Below are positions 34,158 to 40,490 of a stretch of DNA of 42,158 nt, in pieces. This stretch comes from Patescibacteria group bacterium (GTDB lineage: Bacteria > Patescibacteriota > Microgenomatia > UBA1400 > MFAQ01): assembly GCA_018819325.1 (NCBI GenBank), contig JAHJQJ010000031.1, positions 1 through 42,158 on the forward strand, in the 5' to 3' direction. Position 1 is the stretch's first letter; every line of letters starts with the position of its first letter. Both the position numbers and the translations under genes were made by a program. The notes beneath the pieces are model-generated. The model was not told where the DNA came from. It worked only from the letters and a program-made list of their open reading frames with translations, and did not search any database.

Positions 34158-34201
34158 GATCAACCTTCGGGAGGGTGCGACCCTCTTGAGGGTCGCACCC
34201 T
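34158..34201 (+). repeat. REP-C palindrome, variant copy (GGATCAACCTTCGGG-AGGGTGCGACCCTC-TT-GAGGGTCGCACCCT)
   Basis: 14-bp perfect stem with a 2-nt loop, 16 nt upstream of the RAYT-3 start. Confidence 0.9.
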
Positions 34202-34217
34202 ATGGTACAATTAGGTA

Positions 34218-34868
34218 ATGCCTGCCAAACATACTTATAGGGAATTTATTGAAAATCATCCTCAACACATTTTTAATCGTGGTGTAGAAAAACGTGTCAT
34301 ATTTACAAATCAACAAGATTACCGAACGTTTTTGTACTATTTGACAATTTACCTGGCTAAACCAAAAACACTTGAAACTAGATTTCCCACCTTACCAGGA
34401 AACCTGAAAATCAACAACGTTAGTGAACAAATTAAATTACTTACTTATTGCTTTATGCCCAACCATTTTCATTTACATCTTGCTCCTACAAATATAGAAA
34501 CCAGCCAGGAAATTATACCTAAATTTATGCGTCAACTTAGTAATGCATATACTGGTTATTTTAATAAAAAATATGACAGAGTTGGCCCATTGTTTCAGGG
34601 ACGTTATAAATCCGTCTTGGTTAGCTCAGATGAACAAAATGTCCACCTGCATAGGTATATCCAGACTAATCCGTTGACTGCAAAGTTAGTTAAAAATTTG
34701 CAAGATTGGCCGTGGTCAAGTTATCATGAATACGTTGGTGGGCAAAAATTGGACGATATTTGTCAAATAGAGGATATCTTTTCGCGATTTAAGAATCTTG
34801 ATTCTTATAAGAATTTCTTGCTTGAGCAAGTGGATACTGAATCAATTGAATCCATTCTGCTGGATTAA
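34218..34868 (+). CDS. IS200-like Y1 (HUH) transposase, RAYT class (RAYT-3)
   Basis: HIFNRG, HUH motif FMPNHFHLHLAP, Tyr region LHRYIQTNP. TACAAT-N6-ATG start context. Flanked by REP-C. Confidence 0.85.
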   Translation: MPAKHTYREFIENHPQHIFNRGVEKRVIFTNQQDYRTFLYYLTIYLAKPKTLETRFPTLPGNLKINNVSEQIKLLTYCFMPNHFHLHLAPTNIETSQEIIPKFMRQLSNAYTGYFNKKYDRVGPLFQGRYKSVLVSSDEQNVHLHRYIQTNPLTAKLVKNLQDWPWSSYHEYVGGQKLDDICQIEDIFSRFKNLDSYKNFLLEQVDTESIESILLD

Positions 34869-34870
34869 AA

Positions 34871-34916
34871 GGGATCAACCTTCGCTAGGGTCCGACCCTC
34901 TTGAGGGTCGGACCCT
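34871..34916 (+). repeat. REP-C palindrome copy (GGGATCAACCTTCGCT-AGGGTCCGACCCTC-TT-GAGGGTCGGACCCT)
   Basis: 2 nt after the RAYT-3 stop codon. 14-bp stem. Confidence 0.9.
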
Positions 34917-34922
34917 AATTCC

Positions 34923-35210
34923 TTATTGAAATTGAATGGATAGTTGGCTGTCAAAAGCTTGAGCGATTTTTTTTAGGAATGACAGAGATGGATTAGCTTG
35001 CATGGTTTCAATCCTTGAAATCGCTGCCTGAGAAGTATTAAGTTTTTTGGCCAGAGTTCTTTGAGACATTTTGTTCTTTAGTCGTTTGTCAATAATTTTT
35101 TTGGCTAGCAAGTATTCGGTTTCTGATTCTTGCCAGGCTTTTTTAAAGCCAGGATCTTTTAAACTTTCTTTGAGATCGTCTTCGAAGGTGTAAATTAGTT
35201 TGTTTTTCAT
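34923..35210 (-). CDS. XRE-family helix-turn-helix protein (paralogue 2)
   Basis: KMSQRTLAKKLNTSQAAISRIETMQANPSLSFLKKIAQAF. Start set at MKNKLIYTF (ATG 35210), outside the REP-C copy. Bracketed by two identical REP-C copies. Confidence 0.8.
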   Translation of the reverse strand: MKNKLIYTFEDDLKESLKDPGFKKAWQESETEYLLAKKIIDKRLKNKMSQRTLAKKLNTSQAAISRIETMQANPSLSFLKKIAQAFDSQLSIQFQ

Positions 35211-35226
35211 AATATATTTATGCATA

Positions 35227-35272
35227 GGGATCAACCTTCGCTAGGGTCCGACCCTCTTGAGGGTCGGACCCT
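35227..35272 (+). repeat. REP-C palindrome copy
   Basis: Identical to 34871-34916. It sits between the giant fibre gene stop codon and the XRE start. Confidence 0.9.
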
Positions 35273-35273
35273 G

Positions 35274-38200
35274 TTACATGGTTTGGATGAGCCAGTAGTT
35301 GAATTGGATGTTCGAATTGATAGCTTCTGGGATGGCGATGGTGAATTGCCCCCCAGTTGGATAGCTCGCTTCGCTCCCATCCAACGGGGTCTGCAGACCT
35401 GCGGTCTTTGATTTTACAAACAGGGTTTGGTTTGAAGTGCTGGATGTAGGGGTTAAATATATGTAGGTGTCTTGGGTAACATTTGTGTTCGAAATGGTGA
35501 TTTCGGTTTCGCCTGCTGGGAGGGTGGCGGCCCCAGTTGGGTAGTTCACTTCGTTCACACCCAACAAGGTCTGCGCCCCTGGTTGGATAGCTGATGCATC
35601 CAACGGGGTCTTCGAACTTGCAGTGCTTGATGGCGGTTCGGCTTGTACGGTAAGACTGGTTATAGTCAGTGAAGAAATGGTGGCGGTTTGGGCGGTGAGG
35701 TTTTCTAGGTTGGATTCTAGGGCCTCTATTTTGCTGGCTAGGACTTTGCCCGTAACGGCTAGGTCGCCGTTTATTATAACTTGGCCGTTTGGGGTTAAGG
35801 TCATGAGGCCGGCCAAAAGGTTTATGGGGGCGTTGGCTAGGGGTTGGAGGAAGAGGGTGTCTTGATCTTTGGAGTTGAGGATGTTGGCGATGAGGGAGTT
35901 GTTGACTTGGAGGTCGGTGAGGATGAGAGAATCGAGAGGGACAGGGCTCTGCAGGTCAGAGACCGGTTCAATTTCGGCAGCGGGACGCTGAAGATCTGCT
36001 AGGATGGCGGAGGCTGTGGAGTATTTGGTGGCTAGGTCGAGGAGGTCTTTTTCTATCTGGCTGATTTGGGGGGCGGTGATGGTCTCGGCAACTAGGTTCT
36101 TGACCTCTAGATCTTCTATGTAGGCAACAGGTGAGATGAGTTTTTGTTTGACGGTGAGGGTGTTTACGGTTAGGTCTTGGATGACGGCGATGCCTGCTTG
36201 GAAGTTGGCGATAACGGCTTCTGAGAAAGCACCGATACGGGTGATGAGGGTGTCGGTGGTAGTGTTTTTGAGAGTGTAACTGCTTTCTTGACCTTGAATT
36301 TGCAGTTCGCCAGTGGAGGTTAAGTAGACGTCGGGGTCGTACCAGGAAACATTGACAAAAACTATGATTTTGCCGACCACATTTGGATCAGAATTATTGT
36401 AAGATTCTAAAGCTTTTCCTACAATCGGCCCTGCTTTGGTTGCTTTCATTCCCACTCCTGGAATTTTACTTGAAGTGATAAGGTCTCCGCTTTTAATTGG
36501 GCCATTAATAGTTGAGACTTTGGTGGTTACCCGGCCGGCTAAGGCAATTGGAGCCTTTTGATTATCCGGGATGTTTTCAGTAATTTTTCCCTCGATTACT
36601 TGTGAGGGGGTGGTGGAATAAATACCTATAATGCTAGAGTCGCTTGCTTTATTACTTTTTTTAACATAAGTGGGTTTTTGCGGATCATTGACAACAATAT
36701 CTCCTTCTTCAACGGGGGGAGTAATGGGAAAGATTTCTGCTAAGTCCGGGTGACTTCCCGTAATTCTGACATTGCCCTGAAAATAACCGGCCCATTCAGT
36801 ATTGGCGGCTCCCAAATCTGCTCTGGCATATAAAGCAATAGATGTGGTTTCTGCACCGCCTATTTGTCCTTCAGCCTGTCTAGTATCGATATAAACACCG
36901 TAGGTGGTGTGGCCTCCAATTGTTAGATTTCCTAGAGTAGTATTATTTGTGTAAAATTTGGCCATTGTATAATCAGCATCAGCAGATGGGGAAAGTGGGC
37001 CACTGGCATAAGTGTGAAATTTTGTTTCCGGCTCCGTCGTCCCGATGCCGACGTTGCCGTTGTTTTGTATAAACATACTGTTTCCAGCATCACCTGATCC
37101 AGTGGCGAGATACATATGTCCACCATAAAACCTTATATAAGATTGTCCAAGGTTTAAGTTCCTTCGTCCATAGTAAGGACTTCCATTGACATTATTTCCA
37201 ATACCTGATCCATCGTATGTCCATCCGGGTTCTGATGCCCACATATCCAAAGAGGCATCTAAAGTTGCGCCATTACCTGTTGAGTATAATCTTGCTTTAG
37301 TATCTCCATGACCTCCATATACTTCTAATTTCACTCCCGGACTTATCGTCCCGATGCCGACGTTGCCGTTTATTGCTAATTTCGCCGTCCCGGGGTTTAC
37401 ATAACCAATACCAATGTTGCCAGAGCTAGCAATATATAGATTATTAACCAAAGGAGTAATTTGTAACTGTTGTTCTTTAATTCCAGCAATAGCATAAGGG
37501 ATCATATTAGAAGAATTTAAATAAAGCAGGCCGTCTGTTTCAGTAACGCTATTTGGAAATACTTGCTGATATTCTTGAGCAATAAAGTTGTAGTAATCTG
37601 TGTTAACAACACTAGGATGAGCAGATAAAAATTCAGAAGTATAGTGAAACTTAACAGGGCGAACTTGGCTTATAATCTCCAAAGCATTGTTAATACTCTC
37701 AACACTAGTTTTAATTCTAGCATCTGACCCTGTTGCCCATGTGGTAGTAGTCAGTTTTCGAGCAGAATCTGTAGATAAATCTAATTGTGCTCCCGGATTC
37801 ATCGTCCCGATGCCGACGTAGCCGTTTCCTGTTATCCTCATCCTTTCAGTTGGAAGAACGGCCGCATCGTTACTGCCCAACCCGAACGCCATATATTCAG
37901 TTTCCCATACATCAGTAGCAAATCCCGCCTGGATATTTGCAACGCGCCTAACACCTGTATCAGCAGGATAATTATAAAATGTTCCCCAGAAATCATAATT
38001 TGAAACGAGATTATTGGTTCCACTTAAAGGCTTAATTCTAATTGTAGGACTTCCCGAATCTGACACTTCCAACTTCGCCCCCGGACTCGCCGTCCCGATG
38101 CCGACGTTGCCGGATTCCGTGAGACGCATCAATTCGCTACCGGCCCCGAAGCCAGCACCATTTTTTCTCCATGAAAAGTAGCGAGTATCCGCATCATTGT

Positions 38201-39980
38201 TGTCATAGTCAATGTTGAAGCTTATGCTTTGCTTCCCCTCAAAGAAAGTGTCGCCTCCATTGTCGTCTCTAATACCGTTTCTCAAATAAGCGGTATTTAG
38301 CGCATAAAGAGTACCACCTAATACATACAGACCACCCGGCATAATAATATACGAGGTTGCCTTTATGTACGGATTAGCTGCAGAAAAAAGTATATTACCG
38401 CCTGCGTCTTGAACATCAGTAATAGTCAATCTGTCATTAGTCTCTAAAGTTCCCTGAACTTCAAGTTTCGCCCCCGGTCCCGCCGTCCCGATGCCGACGT
38501 TGCCAGTATTCATAACAAACAAATTTTCTCTGATCCGTACACTTCCTGTTGCGCCATCGCCAGTGTAATTAAGATATAAATCTCCACCACTTGTAGTACC
38601 ACCACCATTTATTACCAAATGAGAAGTAGTGCCACGGATGTAAGGTCTGTCAGTAACAGCAGCATTATTGGCAGAAATATTTAGATATGAAGTTCGAATC
38701 GCGTTATTCGGATTTCCACCAATATCTAATGAGGCCCCCGGACTCGCCGTCCCGATGCCGACGTTGCCTGAACTGTTGACATAAAATTTATCATTAAGTG
38801 CAAAATAACCATTTAATTTGGTTTGTGATCTGACTGTGCCTGAACCTGCAGATAGAGTTCCACTATAAAGTGTTCCTGCATCGTGCCCTCCAATATATTG
38901 AAGGCCAAGATAAACAGAAATGGCTTGAGTGAAATATACCTCTAGGAATGAGTTTGTACCATCATCAGTAACCCGAACATCAGTCCAGTAGCTAGCTGGA
39001 TACTCTGAGATTACGCTTATTCCCGCAGTTGATCCCCAATCATGCCACCAGCGTATAGTTGTGCTTTGAGGAGCGTAGGATCCTCCCGCTGTATAGACAG
39101 TTACTTGCTGTTGACCCCTGCCGGCGCTACCGTCTATATGAGCTACTTTGTACCAACCAGCGGCCGCAACACTTCCAGTAGTTTTATATTCATTTTGTGC
39201 GTAAAACCCGCCAGTTCCTAGGTATACGTAACCTCCATTAACAGTAACATTATCAGCAAAGGTGGCCATGGACGAGGCGAGAGTTAATTTTGCAACATCA
39301 GCTCTTCTAAGAGAAAGATCTTCATCATAACTACTGATAATGCCGGTATCAACAGTAATTCCTGGATTAAAATAAAATCTGACTCGATCGGACTGGAAAT
39401 GAGCCCAGCTGGCGTTCTGCGGGCCTACATCAACGTAGCCGTAGCCAGTATCAATTCGAAGAGCTCCACTTATATTACCTCTTACTGAGCCAGCAACTTC
39501 TAATTTCGCCCCCGGTCCCGCCGTCCCGATGCCGATGCCAGTGGCGTTGGCGGAGATGGTTTGGCCGCCGATTCTGATATGGCCAGTGGTGCCGTCGCCG
39601 AGGGTGAGGCCTGGATTGGTGGCGTCGGTGGCGATTAGATCTAAAAACTTGGCGTTGCCTGAAGCGTCGACGTAGTAGGCGGTGCCGTTGGCGAAGTAAC
39701 TGGCGCCGGTAACTAAGGTGTTGTGGGCCAAAATTCCATTGGCGACGAAGTTATGGGTGCCGTCTACTTCTATATCGTAGACTTGCTGCCGGCCGAGGGG
39801 TTTGATGGAGGTGATTTCTTCGAAGAGGAGGTCTGAAGGGACAGGGCTCTGCAGGCCAGAGGCCGGTGCAACATCGGCAGCGGGACGCACGGCAATTTTG
39901 TCACCTACCTTGAGATGGCGGGTTTCTGTCCAGATGGCGGTTTTACCCCGAAGAGATAACTTCCGTTGGTCGTATCTCAT
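35274..39980 (-). CDS. Giant (1568 aa) fibre/adhesin-like protein: N-terminal partial Hint (intein) domain, repeated GNVGIGTxxPGAKLEV modules, internal peptidase-S74-like chaperone domain, second fibre region, coiled/beta C-terminal region
   Basis: Uninterrupted ORF. N-terminus ends ...VYDIEVDGTHNFVANGILAHN|T. Seven or more GNVGIGT modules. The SDARIKTSVESINNALEIISQVRPVKFHY...FIAQEYQQVFP segment is typical of tail-fibre intramolecular chaperone domains. Four in-frame palindromic inserts. Confidence 0.8.
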   Translation of the reverse strand: MRYDQRKLSLRGKTAIWTETRHLKVGDKIAVRPAADVAPASGLQSPVPSDLLFEEITSIKPLGRQQVYDIEVDGTHNFVANGILAHNTLVTGASYFANGTAYYVDASGNAKFLDLIATDATNPGLTLGDGTTGHIRIGGQTISANATGIGIGTAGPGAKLEVAGSVRGNISGALRIDTGYGYVDVGPQNASWAHFQSDRVRFYFNPGITVDTGIISSYDEDLSLRRADVAKLTLASSMATFADNVTVNGGYVYLGTGGFYAQNEYKTTGSVAAAGWYKVAHIDGSAGRGQQQVTVYTAGGSYAPQSTTIRWWHDWGSTAGISVISEYPASYWTDVRVTDDGTNSFLEVYFTQAISVYLGLQYIGGHDAGTLYSGTLSAGSGTVRSQTKLNGYFALNDKFYVNSSGNVGIGTASPGASLDIGGNPNNAIRTSYLNISANNAAVTDRPYIRGTTSHLVINGGGTTSGGDLYLNYTGDGATGSVRIRENLFVMNTGNVGIGTAGPGAKLEVQGTLETNDRLTITDVQDAGGNILFSAANPYIKATSYIIMPGGLYVLGGTLYALNTAYLRNGIRDDNGGDTFFEGKQSISFNIDYDNNDADTRYFSWRKNGAGFGAGSELMRLTESGNVGIGTASPGAKLEVSDSGSPTIRIKPLSGTNNLVSNYDFWGTFYNYPADTGVRRVANIQAGFATDVWETEYMAFGLGSNDAAVLPTERMRITGNGYVGIGTMNPGAQLDLSTDSARKLTTTTWATGSDARIKTSVESINNALEIISQVRPVKFHYTSEFLSAHPSVVNTDYYNFIAQEYQQVFPNSVTETDGLLYLNSSNMIPYAIAGIKEQQLQITPLVNNLYIASSGNIGIGYVNPGTAKLAINGNVGIGTISPGVKLEVYGGHGDTKARLYSTGNGATLDASLDMWASEPGWTYDGSGIGNNVNGSPYYGRRNLNLGQSYIRFYGGHMYLATGSGDAGNSMFIQNNGNVGIGTTEPETKFHTYASGPLSPSADADYTMAKFYTNNTTLGNLTIGGHTTYGVYIDTRQAEGQIGGAETTSIALYARADLGAANTEWAGYFQGNVRITGSHPDLAEIFPITPPVEEGDIVVNDPQKPTYVKKSNKASDSSIIGIYSTTPSQVIEGKITENIPDNQKAPIALAGRVTTKVSTINGPIKSGDLITSSKIPGVGMKATKAGPIVGKALESYNNSDPNVVGKIIVFVNVSWYDPDVYLTSTGELQIQGQESSYTLKNTTTDTLITRIGAFSEAVIANFQAGIAVIQDLTVNTLTVKQKLISPVAYIEDLEVKNLVAETITAPQISQIEKDLLDLATKYSTASAILADLQRPAAEIEPVSDLQSPVPLDSLILTDLQVNNSLIANILNSKDQDTLFLQPLANAPINLLAGLMTLTPNGQVIINGDLAVTGKVLASKIEALESNLENLTAQTATISSLTITSLTVQAEPPSSTASSKTPLDASAIQPGAQTLLGVNEVNYPTGAATLPAGETEITISNTNVTQDTYIYLTPTSSTSNQTLFVKSKTAGLQTPLDGSEASYPTGGQFTIAIPEAINSNIQFNYWLIQTM
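35351..35411 (+). repeat. Palindromic element PE-E copy, in frame within the fibre gene
   Basis: Translated on the minus strand as LQTPLDGSEASYPTGG. It interrupts the conserved C-terminal domain between KSKTAG and QFTIAI. Confidence 0.8.
35531..35630 (+). repeat. Palindromic element PE-E, 1.5 tandem copies, in frame within the fibre gene
   Basis: Translated on the minus strand as KTPLDASAIQPGAQTLLGVNEVNYPTGA. Confidence 0.8.
35938..35987 (+). repeat. Palindromic element PE-F copy, in frame within the fibre gene
   Basis: Translated on the minus strand as RPAAEIEPVSDLQSPVP. Confidence 0.8.
37446..37730 (-). other. Peptidase S74-like intramolecular chaperone auto-processing domain (internal, aa ~751-845)
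   Basis: GSDARIKTSVESI..ALEIISQVRPVKFHY...YNFIAQEYQQVFPNSV...LLYLNSSNMIPYAIAGIKEQ matches the SD.R.K...L.PV.F.Y...GFIAQE...P pattern of endosialidase/tail-fibre chaperone domains. Confidence 0.7.
39720..39980 (-). other. Partial Hint/intein domain (degenerate block B, blocks F and G, terminal HN followed by Thr +1)
   Basis: GKTAIWTETRH-LKVGDKIAV...LLFEEITSIKPLGRQQVYDIEVDGTHNFVANGILAHN|T. Compare the DnaB mini-intein GRTIKATANH...VFDLTVPGPHNFVANDIIVHN (from memory). Block A with Cys/Ser1 is absent. An in-frame stop lies 6 codons upstream of the ATG. Confidence 0.75.
39838..39887 (+). repeat. Palindromic element PE-F copy, in frame within the Hint fragment
   Basis: Translated on the minus strand as RPAADVAPASGLQSPVP, at the position where inteins carry linker or endonuclease insertions. 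Confidence 0.8.
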
Positions 39981-40489
39981 GGGGTCTGCGATTTGTTAAT
40001 TTTCATAAACTTTTGCCAGGAGCGTTGGAGGTTTAGGATTTTGCGGCGGACGGTGAGGTAGTCTTTTTGTAGTTGGTCGGTGTCAAGTTCATTAAGGACA
40101 GACCCTCCCTCGGCCCGATGGCCGAGAGGGCCCGCGGCTGTAGCCGCTCCTGTTAGGGTCTGACCTTTTTCCGTTTTCAAGTCTCTGTATTGATCTAAGT
40201 AAACTACCATTAGGTTACAGTTAAGCATGGCTTGCTCTAGGTTGGCAATAGCACGATCTGGGTCAGCAAACCTAACGGAGTGGGCGGTGGCGATGAGTTT
40301 GGGAATGGAGAGGGCAGTTTTGTAAAGGACTGTCCTTCCCTCGGCTTCATAGCCGAGAGGGCCCGCGGCTGTAGCCGCTCCTTTTAAGGACAGACCTTTA
40401 CAAACCTTAATGGCTAGGTTGTGGGTTTGTTGGTAGACGTCTAGATCTTGGAAGGATTTTACTGGGCGTCTGGGTTGATACTTGTACAT
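39977..40489 (-). CDS. Four-helix-bundle protein (23S rRNA intervening-sequence protein / DGR Avd family)
   Basis: KSFQDLDVYQQTHNLAIKV...ALSIPKLIATAHS...AIANLEQAMLNCNLMVVYL is characteristic of the family. Its stop codon overlaps the fibre gene start (ATGA). Two in-frame 74-78 nt double-hairpin inserts. Confidence 0.75.
   Translation of the reverse strand: MYKYQPRRPVKSFQDLDVYQQTHNLAIKVCKGLSLKGAATAAGPLGYEAEGRTVLYKTALSIPKLIATAHSVRFADPDRAIANLEQAMLNCNLMVVYLDQYRDLKTEKGQTLTGAATAAGPLGHRAEGGSVLNELDTDQLQKDYLTVRRKILNLQRSWQKFMKINKSQTP
40094..40167 (+). repeat. Double-hairpin element PE-I copy 1, in frame within the 4HB gene
   Basis: Outer stem AAGGACAGACCCT/AGGGTCTGACCTT enclosing the hairpins CTCGGC-CCGATG-GCCGAG and GCGGCT-GT-AGCCGC. 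Translated as TGAATAAGPLGHRAEGGSVL. Confidence 0.85.
40323..40400 (+). repeat. Double-hairpin element PE-I copy 2, in frame within the 4HB gene
   Basis: Same architecture as copy 1. Translated as KGAATAAGPLGYEAEGRTVL. Confidence 0.85.
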
Positions 40490-40490
40490 A

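Noticed and set aside
39977-40489. Diversity-generating retroelement (because of the Avd-family 4HB gene next to a large surface protein)
   Set aside because: No reverse transcriptase ORF exists in any frame of the window. No template/variable repeat pair with adenine-specific differences was seen, and no C-type-lectin-like variable C-terminus. This cannot be excluded outside the window.
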